Shown here in pieces: positions 19,169 to 28,706 of a stretch of DNA of 64,000 nt. This DNA comes from a virus. The stretch is taken from the IMG/VR virus record IMGVR_UViG_3300037461_000409, positions 34,780 to 98,779 of that record, one strand, 5' to 3'. A program made the translations under genes and the position numbers. Numbering within the stretch: the first letter of the stretch is position 1; every line of letters begins with the position of its first letter. Below the pieces are notes generated by a model. It did no database searches. It saw only the letters and a program-made list of their open reading frames with translations, and had not been told where the DNA came from.

Positions 19169-19180
19169 GGTCCATGTCTC

Positions 19181-22100
19181 CTATGCCAGGTACTGGTCGA
19201 CCCAGCCCCTGACCGAGATGCGCCCGCTGTTGCAGGAGACGGTGCGCTGGTAGTAGATCGTCTTCGGAGTGCTCGGAGTCGGGATCATCCCGACAACCGT
19301 GTCACCACCGTAGGTGGCATCTCCGCTGGCGGCGCGTAGCTGCCATTGGTCGTTCGCCCCTCCGCTTCCCTGCTGACCATCGACCCAGATGTAGCCGAGG
19401 CCGATACCTCCGGCCGACTGGTAGAACATGAACAGGTCAGCCAACGAGGCGGTCACCGGGATGTACGCCGCAAGCGAGGCGGACACTGGCGAGCCATCAG
19501 TACCAGACGCCAGGGTGACCGCCTGCTGTTGCTGCGCGAAGTACGTTGTCGATCCCGTCTGGTAGAACGGGATGATGTTGGACGAGCCATCGTTCCGGAA
19601 CGCGCCAAGGTACTTCCAGTTGGTGTATCCAGTTGGACCTGTTGCAGGTCCAGTCACGCTGGCTCGGACGGACAGCTGGTTGTCATCGCCCGTCTTTGGC
19701 ACGGCATAGAGATAGTACCAGGTCGAGCTGGCTTCGCTCCCGGTGTCCAGCCCCAGGTCAGCCACGCCGTTAGCGAATGCCCAAGCGAGCGTGCCGCTGA
19801 AATACCTCTGCTTGGCATCCTGGAGCGTAAGCAGCACCGTCGACGGAGCCCCGGCTGCAGCAGCGACGTTGACTGCTCCGGCGGCAGAGTAGGTCAAGGT
19901 CGGGAGCTTGGTGTCCGGCGTGTACTTGCCAGCGATCTGCGCCGTTGGATTCAGCAGGTACTTGTCCTGATAGCCACGTATGGTTACTGCGTAGTCCAGC
20001 GATCCAGAACCAGAGTGGCGCATGGTCCAGATGGAGATAGTCCCATCAAACAACGGCACGATGTTCCTGGTGCCACCACACTGAACGTCGTTGTTCAGCG
20101 CCCCGAGAGACCAGGTGCGATCGTTGTAGGCAGAGCCAGGAGTATACCCAGGAGGGTTCCCTGGCTCGACCCAGGCGATCCACCCGTCAGTGCCGTCTGC
20201 GTCCATGAACGCCTGGGCTTCGACGGCTCCAGCCATCGCAGCGGGAACCGCAGTGGCAAGCTGAGTGCTGCGGTCCACCCACGCTCCTGTTTGGGCGCCA
20301 GCGGTGACTGAGTACAGCTCCATCTCCGAATCGGTGTTGGGCTCGAAGTAGAACCAGTCCTTGGCCTGCCAGAACTTGCGGAGGTTGCTGCTGGCGTTGT
20401 TCCTGACGGCCCCGATGTACCTCCAGATGGGATACCCGGTCGGACCACCACCGGCCGGAGACGCGACCGATCCCACGATTGACATCTGACCAGCTACGGC
20501 AGACGGCACGAGGTAGAGGTAGTACCAGGTGCTGGCCGCCTCGCTCCCAGTGTCCAGTCCCCCAAGTCCCGAGACTGTGATGTCCCAGGTGAGCGGAGCG
20601 GCAGCCGTGTACCTGGCCCCATTGTTCAGGCAGGCTCGCAACTCGGTCGAGCAGCCAGGCTGTGCCGCAATCTGGATCGTGCTGTTCGAGGCCCAGACCA
20701 GACGGGGGACGTTCTCCTCCCGCACGTAGCCACCACGCCACTGCGTGATCGAAGCTCTTGTGGGAGTAACTGAGCCGTAGGTGGTAGTGATCCCGGAACT
20801 GCTGTCCATGTTGCGGAAGGAGAACTCGATAGTGTGCGATCCGGCGGATAGTCCGGACACGATCCATGCCGGCTCGAAGTTGTACGAACCGCTGACCGAG
20901 TGCAGCCACCACTGAGCTACATGAACCCAACTCCCGCTGTCGATCCTGTAGTAGATGCCTGCAGTGCGGTTGGCCGTTCCAGCGATGATGGCATTCAGGG
21001 CCACCGCGACACTCTCACCAACCAGGGTGTAGAAGGTCGTGGTCAAGCCAGAGTAGATCAGGTAGGTCGTGGTGTCGTTCGGTAAGCTGCGGTCAACTGG
21101 GTCCGTCTTGGAGTAGCAGATCGCCCCATCGGCCCCAGTTAGGCTGACCTTGGCTGTACCCCCGACATTGGTGACCTGGCATCCTGGCCCGGTGAAGTCG
21201 AACGCCGCGGGCGTGTCAATGACCTGGGCCCCGTCCTTGCGAACAGGAACCAACCCACCGCGGAAGCTCGTGACGATCAGGAACGTGGACGCATTGTCCG
21301 GCGTGCCTTTGACCGAGAAGTTCCCGTCTCCAGATGAGCTCTTATACGCTTTCAACTTGATGGTGTGCGAGCCAGCAGCCAGCGGACCGGACACCCACGA
21401 ACACGATATGTTCTGCGATCTGGTTCCATCGCTGTGGAAGAACGTGTTGTTCGCGGTAGACCCATCAATGTCGATGGCGATGTTGCCGGTTGTCGCGGCA
21501 GCCGGGGTCAGCCCGACCGAGAATACGATCTTCACCCGCTCGTTTGTCGTGGTTATGACAGTAGCGGTCATGCCGGTCAGGTCAGTGAACGTAGGAGACG
21601 CACTGCTAACCACCTGGGCTGCGTCTGCCTTGTTGACCACCGTATCGAGCGTGCCGCCAGCTCCAGAACCGGACACCAGCGTCAGGGTCGTCGTGAAGTC
21701 ACCCACTGCCGCTGATGCCGTCCCGCGCACGATCAGAGTCGTGCCGGATGTTTCCTTGGCATAGGCTTTCAGCGTGTGGTTCCCCGCCGACAGCACGACC
21801 GTCCCGGAGAACTTCGGGCTCTGGTAGACCGACCCCGATGTACGGAACTGCCACGCGGCGTTGTAGCCGATGTACTGTTCATCGGCCGTTCCCTCGTCGA
21901 ACACCAGCTTGACCTGACCCGTGGTATTGGAACTGCTGTCGAGAAAGTTGTTCCCAGTCCACTGTACCAGGTACGTTCCGGTTGAGTTGACTGCGAACGC
22001 CAGCGATCCAGCGGACGGCATGAACTGCGTGTCGCCACTGCCAATCGCAACATCAGAGGCGGGCTGGGGCCCCACGACCACCACCGCCTGCCCCGAAGCG

Positions 22101-23089
22101 GTCAACGCCTCGTTCATCTCGACGTTGAGCACCTTGTCCGTGCCCTCGCTCAGGCTCACGCCTGAACCTATGAAGTTCACGGCCCTCGGAGTCCCGACAA
22201 CGTCAACCCCGTCCTTCTGCCAGGGGATCATTCCTCCCCGGAAACGAAGGACCTGAATGCGACCATCGTACAGATCCCAGGAGTGGGTGACGTACTTGGC
22301 CTGGAGCTTGATCACATGCTGTCCCGCAGCGGGGATGGTGTACAGAATCACCCGCTCCAGGTTCGTGGCCGTGTTGTTCCCGCTTATGGACCCGGTGGGT
22401 GAGTCCACCACCGCCCCGTCTACCACCCACTGGGTGTAGGTGCTATATCCTGCCGAGTACCAGCCTACCCCGCGAAAGCACAACAGCACGGTCTCGGCCG
22501 CGTTGGTGTTGATCGTGACTGATAGCCCCGCGACATCTGCAAAGCTGGCACTGCTGATGTTGACCGGGTTGGTGCTGGCATTGGCTGCCGACAGCATCGT
22601 GCCGCCGGCGCCGCTACCGCCTGCCAGCGTGCCATAGATCCGGATGAACGACCCGGCTGTCACTTGCACCGACCCGGTACCACTGACCCGCCGCCACTGC
22701 ATCTTGATGGAATGACTCCCGGCTGTCAGCACGACCGGAAGGACAAGAGTCCGCCAACAACGCGCGCCCGCCGCCGAAGACTGCATGTTGGCCGACGAAT
22801 CATCACCAATGAGGTACTGCTCCTCTGCCCCTCCCACGTCGATGCCGATTCGGTAACGTCCAGTTGTGTCGGCAACCGACATCACCGCGTCGAGCATGAT
22901 GTCCAGCAAGTACGTCCCCGCCAGCGGAGCCACGAACTCCCCAGCCACCTCGGCGTTCACGTCGACGAACGTGCCCGACGTGGTTGAGTACGTTCCAGAC
23001 GGGATCACGTCTAGCAGGTTGATCACAACGTCCGGTGCGGCGATGATGGCCGGAGCAACCTGGTCTACCTGAAGTCCTGGGGTCGTCAT
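19181..23089 (-). CDS. Long multidomain tail fibre/adhesin
   Basis: About 5 tandem beta-sandwich repeats plus two C-terminal repeats with GLDTGSEA.STWYYLY motif; Ser/Thr/Gly-rich. Confidence 0.8.
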   Translation of the reverse strand: MTTPGLQVDQVAPAIIAAPDVVINLLDVIPSGTYSTTSGTFVDVNAEVAGEFVAPLAGTYLLDIMLDAVMSVADTTGRYRIGIDVGGAEEQYLIGDDSSANMQSSAAGARCWRTLVLPVVLTAGSHSIKMQWRRVSGTGSVQVTAGSFIRIYGTLAGGSGAGGTMLSAANASTNPVNISSASFADVAGLSVTINTNAAETVLLCFRGVGWYSAGYSTYTQWVVDGAVVDSPTGSISGNNTATNLERVILYTIPAAGQHVIKLQAKYVTHSWDLYDGRIQVLRFRGGMIPWQKDGVDVVGTPRAVNFIGSGVSLSEGTDKVLNVEMNEALTASGQAVVVVGPQPASDVAIGSGDTQFMPSAGSLAFAVNSTGTYLVQWTGNNFLDSSSNTTGQVKLVFDEGTADEQYIGYNAAWQFRTSGSVYQSPKFSGTVVLSAGNHTLKAYAKETSGTTLIVRGTASAAVGDFTTTLTLVSGSGAGGTLDTVVNKADAAQVVSSASPTFTDLTGMTATVITTTNERVKIVFSVGLTPAAATTGNIAIDIDGSTANNTFFHSDGTRSQNISCSWVSGPLAAGSHTIKLKAYKSSSGDGNFSVKGTPDNASTFLIVTSFRGGLVPVRKDGAQVIDTPAAFDFTGPGCQVTNVGGTAKVSLTGADGAICYSKTDPVDRSLPNDTTTYLIYSGLTTTFYTLVGESVAVALNAIIAGTANRTAGIYYRIDSGSWVHVAQWWLHSVSGSYNFEPAWIVSGLSAGSHTIEFSFRNMDSSSGITTTYGSVTPTRASITQWRGGYVREENVPRLVWASNSTIQIAAQPGCSTELRACLNNGARYTAAAPLTWDITVSGLGGLDTGSEAASTWYYLYLVPSAVAGQMSIVGSVASPAGGGPTGYPIWRYIGAVRNNASSNLRKFWQAKDWFYFEPNTDSEMELYSVTAGAQTGAWVDRSTQLATAVPAAMAGAVEAQAFMDADGTDGWIAWVEPGNPPGYTPGSAYNDRTWSLGALNNDVQCGGTRNIVPLFDGTISIWTMRHSGSGSLDYAVTIRGYQDKYLLNPTAQIAGKYTPDTKLPTLTYSAAGAVNVAAAAGAPSTVLLTLQDAKQRYFSGTLAWAFANGVADLGLDTGSEASSTWYYLYAVPKTGDDNQLSVRASVTGPATGPTGYTNWKYLGAFRNDGSSNIIPFYQTGSTTYFAQQQQAVTLASGTDGSPVSASLAAYIPVTASLADLFMFYQSAGGIGLGYIWVDGQQGSGGANDQWQLRAASGDATYGGDTVVGMIPTPSTPKTIYYQRTVSCNSGRISVRGWVDQYLA

Positions 23090-23092
23090 TGG

Positions 23093-24295
23093 CTAGCTCC
23101 CATAGACCACGGTGATGATGTCACCGGCGGTCAACGCCTTGCAGTTGATCGTCTGGGTCGCGGTGAAGCCCCACTCCAACCCGGTCGCCGGACTCGCCCG
23201 GTACCGAAGTCGCTGGCCGTTGCGGTACACGCCGATGATGTTCTTGCCCGAGAGCATGTTCGCGTTGGTGGCCGGCACCGCTGCCAGGGCAAAGTTCTGG
23301 TCTCCACCGGTCGCGGTAAACTCCTCTTCCCTTGGCAGGAATCCGCTGGTCGGAGGGTCTACCCACTCCAGCCCAGTTGCCTGTCCGGAGTTGGCGGACA
23401 GCAGCTTTCCGTTGGTGCCGACCGCCAGCCTGGTGTTGACCGTGCTGAACGTGTAGAGGTCGCCCTTGGTCGTCAGCGGCGAGGTCGTGCCTACCGATCC
23501 CCAGGTGCCGTCACCGCGCAGGCCATCCATAGAGCTTCCACTCAACTTCGGCAACAAACCGTGCGCTCCGATAGTGGCGTTGAGCGTAGTCACGTCGGTC
23601 GGGGCCGCGAGCTCGTCGAGCTTGATCGAATCCCCACCGCCACTCTTGTGGCTCGTTGCGTGCGTTGTCGGCGTCCTGGCGTCCGACAGGCGGCTGTCAT
23701 TGCCCGCGCAGGCGTCGGTGGCGCCCGTTCCAAGCTGCCGCAGGGAAGGCGTACCGGCCGCGGCATTGGCCGTGATCCACGAGTCCAGCTTGGCTGACCC
23801 ATTGGCCTTGGGGATGGCATTGGCGGCCGGGGTCGCCACCGCGATCTCGTCGTAGCCGCCATTCTGGTGAGCAGTGGCGTGAATCTCCAGCGCCCGCAGC
23901 GTCGGATTCAGGTACCGCTCTCCCCAGTCGAAGGCGTAGTCCGGGGGCAACCACACCTGACCAAGTTCGGTGCGGACCATCACGATCTGTTGGCCACCGG
24001 CCTTGTCCGACGCGGGGTCGGACTCGCCCTCGGAGTTGGTCGCCCGGCATTGGACGCAGTACGCCCCATCGACCGCGCCATCGATCTCCAGATCGGGGTT
24101 CTGAACCGTTGCCACGCCGTCGACGAAATCACCATGTGTCCCGACATTGGCCGTGGAACCCGGTGGCACCGAGAGGATGTCCCACCTCCAGTAGATCGGG
24201 CTTCCCGTGGCCGTAGCGGTCAGCCCGACAGTGCGCGGTGAGGCGCTGTAGCTGAGAACCTGGTCGGCCCCGCATGTCACTACCGGCTTTGCCAT
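23093..24295 (-). CDS. Tail fibre/baseplate attachment protein (PKD-like N-terminus)
   Basis: HATSHKSGG, LTTKGDL...RLAVGTNG fibre-shaft motifs; follows baseplate J. Confidence 0.65.
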   Translation of the reverse strand: MAKPVVTCGADQVLSYSASPRTVGLTATATGSPIYWRWDILSVPPGSTANVGTHGDFVDGVATVQNPDLEIDGAVDGAYCVQCRATNSEGESDPASDKAGGQQIVMVRTELGQVWLPPDYAFDWGERYLNPTLRALEIHATAHQNGGYDEIAVATPAANAIPKANGSAKLDSWITANAAAGTPSLRQLGTGATDACAGNDSRLSDARTPTTHATSHKSGGGDSIKLDELAAPTDVTTLNATIGAHGLLPKLSGSSMDGLRGDGTWGSVGTTSPLTTKGDLYTFSTVNTRLAVGTNGKLLSANSGQATGLEWVDPPTSGFLPREEEFTATGGDQNFALAAVPATNANMLSGKNIIGVYRNGQRLRYRASPATGLEWGFTATQTINCKALTAGDIITVVYGS

Positions 24296-24310
24296 CAGCG
24301 CACCTCTGCC

Positions 24311-25678
24311 TTACGAAATGGTGATTGCCGAGCTCAGGATCCTGGCCAGCTGGTTGTCCAGGACCACCCTGTTGCGCGTCGGGTCCGTGATCCCGATATC
24401 GTACATGCCAGGGACGGCCATTGCGCGCTTGCCGAGCTCCTGCCAAATCACGTCGTCGCCGATGCCCAGGGCGTTGATGTAGCCGCTGATTGCCGAGGCC
24501 ACCTGCGTCGCCACGTCGGTCTGGGAGTAACCGGAGCGGACGGTGATGTTCGCATCGAAGGCCATCTGGATGATCGTCGGAACCAAAACCCGCACCAACA
24601 CACCCGCCGAGCGGTACCCGGGGTAGTTGATCCGGTCGGCCGGGTCTCCGTCGATGATCTTCTGGCACTCGGCAATCAGACCCGTGAAGTAGGTGCAGGT
24701 CTCGGTCACGGTGTCACCGGTCGACAGCCCGGTGGCCAACTTGATGTGCCCGGACGCGGGGTTGATCGTGTAGTCGGTGTTGAGAACCAGCGGCACGGTG
24801 TTCTTTTTCAGAACAAACGTGTTCTCGATCTTGATCGGCTTGCGGCCGTAGAGATCCACCTCGCCACCCACGGCGGAAGAGACAACCACCTCGTCCACCA
24901 CGCTCGCCACCGACTCGGCAGTGCCTGAGCCATCATCGATGTAGATGATCACGTTGCCCGGGTGCACCTCATCTTCCACAACCGAGGCGAACGCCACGCT
25001 CTTGCCGGAAACCGTGTCCTCGGCCGTAAGGGCCGCGTAGGTCAAAGCAAGGTTGGTGGCCCTGCTCAAGCTCTTGGCAAACAGCTTGATGCGGGTTCGG
25101 AAGCTATCGTCCTTCTCGATGTCGTCGCCGTTGGTCAGTTGCGCGGGGTTGCTCACGGTGTCCACGCCCGAGGGCTTGGACACGAAGGCCCTGATCGTCT
25201 CGGGCGCGACGTTGTAGGCGGTCCCGGGCTCCGATGCGGTGATCTGGATCGAGCCGCTGACCGAGGCCCCGTCGGCGATCTGGCCCTCGGCAGTCGTGAC
25301 GAACTTCAGAGCGGCTGTCCCGGCGGTCGCCGGCACCTGAACCTGCGTCCCCTGGGGGATGCCGATGGCCCCGATGGTCCCCGTCCGGCCAAACACCACT
25401 GCTCCCGTGGCCTTCTTGGCAGGGTTCCGGCTGATGAGCGCGGGGTTGAGCTTTTTCGCCTCGGCATCGAGGTCCGGGCCAACGGCATTGTCGATGTCGT
25501 AGATGTCCAGCACCTTGCCCATCGCATACCACTGGTCATCATCCTCGCGGGCCGCAGCCGCGAGCACCTGGTTGACCGAGGATGTCTCGACGAGATCCGT
25601 CAGGTCGGTCCTGGCCACCACCCGGTTGCGCATGCGCTCCAGGATCTGCTTGTACCGCTTGATCTGTAGCTGCCCCAT
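24311..25678 (-). CDS. Baseplate J-like wedge protein
   Basis: AVGPDLD...ATGAVVF...GTAYNV...NGDDIEKDDSFRTRI; YINALGIGDDVI. Confidence 0.92.
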   Translation of the reverse strand: MGQLQIKRYKQILERMRNRVVARTDLTDLVETSSVNQVLAAAAREDDDQWYAMGKVLDIYDIDNAVGPDLDAEAKKLNPALISRNPAKKATGAVVFGRTGTIGAIGIPQGTQVQVPATAGTAALKFVTTAEGQIADGASVSGSIQITASEPGTAYNVAPETIRAFVSKPSGVDTVSNPAQLTNGDDIEKDDSFRTRIKLFAKSLSRATNLALTYAALTAEDTVSGKSVAFASVVEDEVHPGNVIIYIDDGSGTAESVASVVDEVVVSSAVGGEVDLYGRKPIKIENTFVLKKNTVPLVLNTDYTINPASGHIKLATGLSTGDTVTETCTYFTGLIAECQKIIDGDPADRINYPGYRSAGVLVRVLVPTIIQMAFDANITVRSGYSQTDVATQVASAISGYINALGIGDDVIWQELGKRAMAVPGMYDIGITDPTRNRVVLDNQLARILSSAITIS

Positions 25679-25688
25679 GGGGTCTCCC

Positions 25689-27572
25689 CTACGTCAGAGC
25701 GCGCGACATCACCCGCGCGGCGTTGAATCCTTTGGGCTTCACCGTTGCCTCCAACTCCACCTCATCGTTGACCACTGACAGCCGGTAGTTGACCAGCTGA
25801 TCCACCCGCGGATCGGCGATGAGTTGCTGGCGCACCTCAAACGCGGTGTCGGCTTTGGTGTCCTTCCACTGCAGAGCTCCTACCAACCGAGGCAGTCCCA
25901 CCCCGGGGTATAGGATGTTCTCGCCACGGGTAGTTCGCAGTCGCGTTGACAGCGCCTGCGCGAGGTTGTTGAAGCCCGAGATCTTCTCCGCGTCGGTCGA
26001 GCCGTGGGCAGCATCGACCTTCCAGCCGTACTGGCCCTTGCCGATCTTCACCAGCAGCAGCTCCCGGCCGAGATGCTCCTCGGCCTGGCTGTCGCCCAGG
26101 GGTACCGCCCCTGTCGACAGGACCATGCTCGTGGCGTTGGCGGTGGTCACCGGGATCATGATCGGGGCCCCCACCTTGAGCGTCCCGGGGATGTTGGCGT
26201 TGGCCGTGATGTACGGCGGCTTCAGATCGTTGATCATCGCCAGCTCGGGCCACCGTCGGGCATCCCCCAGGTATCTCGCGGCCAGGCTCTGAAGCGTATC
26301 GCCCTGCCCAACGACTCGCTCGGCAAACCCGGTGTACCTCCGGGGGTCGAAACGGTCCCCCGGCAACGGCAGCGCCTGACGCTTGAGGTCCCCGGGCTTG
26401 ATCGGACCAAACGCATCGCCGATGGGCATCGCCCCCCCGGACGCGGCGGCCGTGGCGGCCTTCTCCTCGATCTGTTCCTGGTACTGGGCGCTGCCGATTT
26501 CGATCTCGGCCGGGTCATCGGGAGCGCTGAGTCGGTTGTACTTGTCCACCATCGCCGACCAGCTGGCGCGGAAGTGGTCGCGCGTAGCTACTCCCAGGGA
26601 ATCCATCTGGTCTCCCAGTTGACGAAACGTCTGGCATACGTCCGCTGGTAGAGACAGAACGTCCTCGAACAGATCGGCCGTCGACTCCAGAACCCCGCTC
26701 ACGGCGTCCAGGAACCGCGCTGGCAGGTCGAAGAAGTCCTTGACCCCGTTCACCAGGTCATCAGCCGCTTGGATGATGCTGCCGATGTCGTCAATGATCG
26801 AGGCGATATTCTGAACAAACTGCTTCAGTTCATTGAGTGCGGCCGTGACATCGTCGACGAGCGCCTTGATCGACTGGATCGTGTCCCGGATCTGGCTGAT
26901 CGTGTCCTTGATCTTCTGGAACAGCGACCGCTCATCGGGCGCCACATAGATCAGCGCCGAAGCTGGCCCAATCACTTTCAAGGCAATGTCGTAGCGGTAG
27001 GTCACCCGCTCGCGGCCCACGTCACGACTGAGACGGAAGTGGACCGGCACCACCTCCACATGGATCTGTTCCTTTTGGATGTGCAGCTCCATGCGCGTTT
27101 TGTCGGCGGTCTTGGGGTCCTGCACCAGCTGGGAGTACCCCTCGAAACAGCGGTTGGCCAAGATCCAGAAGGCCATCTGACCAGACACCTCCTGGAGGTT
27201 CCCGCCGTATTCGCCGAGGCTCGAAGTGAACTTCGTCAGCGACGGAGCGACGGTGACCGTCTGTTGTTTGCGCAGCTTGAACCCGGTTGTCCCGCCGATG
27301 GTGATGTCCGCTATGACGATCCCTCCCGGTTCCACCACCACTCCGCTTTCCTGCTGCGGTGTCAGCTGTGACGCAAACGGGAGCGTGTACTCGAAGCGGT
27401 CGGGACTGATGGGCAACGGGAACAAGGCCGTTCCATCGCTGCCAACTGGGCCCACGTTGCTTTCGCCGTCGACCACCAGGCGGAACACCCACGCGAGGTT
27501 CTTGTAATAACGGTCGTCCTGGGTGATGCCCTGTCGGAGGTCTTCTTTGATCTCGTCGAGTATCGAGGCCAT
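25689..27572 (-). CDS. Tail tube initiator/LysM plus gp25-like baseplate fusion protein
   Basis: GDTLQSLAARYLGDARRW.ELA.IN (LysM); C-terminal NLAQAL..RL.T.RGE...YP..G...ADPRV (gp25/W-like). Confidence 0.8.
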   Translation of the reverse strand: MASILDEIKEDLRQGITQDDRYYKNLAWVFRLVVDGESNVGPVGSDGTALFPLPISPDRFEYTLPFASQLTPQQESGVVVEPGGIVIADITIGGTTGFKLRKQQTVTVAPSLTKFTSSLGEYGGNLQEVSGQMAFWILANRCFEGYSQLVQDPKTADKTRMELHIQKEQIHVEVVPVHFRLSRDVGRERVTYRYDIALKVIGPASALIYVAPDERSLFQKIKDTISQIRDTIQSIKALVDDVTAALNELKQFVQNIASIIDDIGSIIQAADDLVNGVKDFFDLPARFLDAVSGVLESTADLFEDVLSLPADVCQTFRQLGDQMDSLGVATRDHFRASWSAMVDKYNRLSAPDDPAEIEIGSAQYQEQIEEKAATAAASGGAMPIGDAFGPIKPGDLKRQALPLPGDRFDPRRYTGFAERVVGQGDTLQSLAARYLGDARRWPELAMINDLKPPYITANANIPGTLKVGAPIMIPVTTANATSMVLSTGAVPLGDSQAEEHLGRELLLVKIGKGQYGWKVDAAHGSTDAEKISGFNNLAQALSTRLRTTRGENILYPGVGLPRLVGALQWKDTKADTAFEVRQQLIADPRVDQLVNYRLSVVNDEVELEATVKPKGFNAARVMSRALT

Positions 27573-27575
27573 CGG

Positions 27576-28706
27576 CTACTCCGTCTTGACCTTCGTGGAA
27601 AGCCAGGTTGCCATCGCCCCCTGCAGCTGTGCCGCTGCCGACCCGTAGTCCTGCCAGGCGGTCTTGAGAGCCTCGAACGCGGCCTTCAGCGGGGCCAGCG
27701 GTCCGATGCAGGCGGCAGACAAAGCCTGGTACTGCGCGACGTTCACGCCCGCCAGTGAGACACAGGCTGCCAGGTACGGTGTCAGGCCCGCATTCAGCTC
27801 AGTCCCCTTGATCCCGGCGCTAGCCGCGGACGAGCTTCCCAGAGCCACCTGCCCTACCAGGCCAATGGCCGGGGAGGTCACGGTGATCGCCGAGACGGCC
27901 TTGGCTTCGAGCTTGGCCTGGGCGTCGAGGGTGATCGTCTTGCTGGCCTTGTCCATCTCGATCTTGTCCGCGCCCCCGTCGACGAGCGTGATCTTGCCCG
28001 TGTTGTCCAGCTCGACCCAGCTCTCGTCGCTGCCGTCGGTGGTGACGAGCTTGAGCTTGCCAGCCGCGCCCGAGGCGCTCTGTTCCACGCCCGACGGCCC
28101 GAGCTCGGGGTTGGCAGCCCCCCTCGCGTCGATGGTGAGGTTTCCCTCGTCATCCCATTCGATCAGCACCCCGTTGTGACGCATGCGCTTAGTGCGACCG
28201 TCAGCCTCCTTCGTCTCTCTCCGCGACTTCGGATGCGGTAGACAGAACGGCAGGACCACCGGCTGATGGATGTCGCACTCCATGAAGCCCACGATCACCT
28301 GATCTCCGTCGAGCGCCTCGGCCGGCGTGGGTTGCTCCCCCTGCTCCATCGGCGGCTCCGTGGCCATAATCCCGCCTTCGATGTTCTGCGAGCACCCGCG
28401 GGGGATGTAGGTGTCCTCGTCGAACAATCCCATAGCCCGCTGCGCGACTGGCACCCGATAGAGCGTGCGCGTCTGCCGGCCAAATACCCGGACATCGCAA
28501 CACACGGTCCGCATGCCATCGGCGGTCCATCCGCGCTCGGCCCAGCCGGCATCGTCGGTGTAGTAGACCTTGAGCACGGTCGCCCGGGCCATCCATCCGC
28601 CGGCGCTGCCCCAGCTCGGGACGCCAGCCATCCATGTCGGAACAGCCGCCTGCAGGACCGTCCCGTCGTCGAGCTGACACGGGCTGTATGGATCTATCAG
28701 GTCCAT
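27576..28706 (-). CDS. Baseplate central spike (gpV/gp5-like)
   Basis: OB-fold-like N-terminus (GDQVIVGFM...PVV), beta-helix region, C-terminal LSTKVKTE. Confidence 0.75.
   Translation of the reverse strand: MDLIDPYSPCQLDDGTVLQAAVPTWMAGVPSWGSAGGWMARATVLKVYYTDDAGWAERGWTADGMRTVCCDVRVFGRQTRTLYRVPVAQRAMGLFDEDTYIPRGCSQNIEGGIMATEPPMEQGEQPTPAEALDGDQVIVGFMECDIHQPVVLPFCLPHPKSRRETKEADGRTKRMRHNGVLIEWDDEGNLTIDARGAANPELGPSGVEQSASGAAGKLKLVTTDGSDESWVELDNTGKITLVDGGADKIEMDKASKTITLDAQAKLEAKAVSAITVTSPAIGLVGQVALGSSSAASAGIKGTELNAGLTPYLAACVSLAGVNVAQYQALSAACIGPLAPLKAAFEALKTAWQDYGSAAAQLQGAMATWLSTKVKTE

Noticed and set aside
19181-20720. Duplicated fibre C-terminal domains as DGR template/variable repeats or an invertible cassette
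   Set aside because: Repeats are in-frame, diverged at all base types rather than adenine-specifically, and no reverse transcriptase or invertase is present in the window
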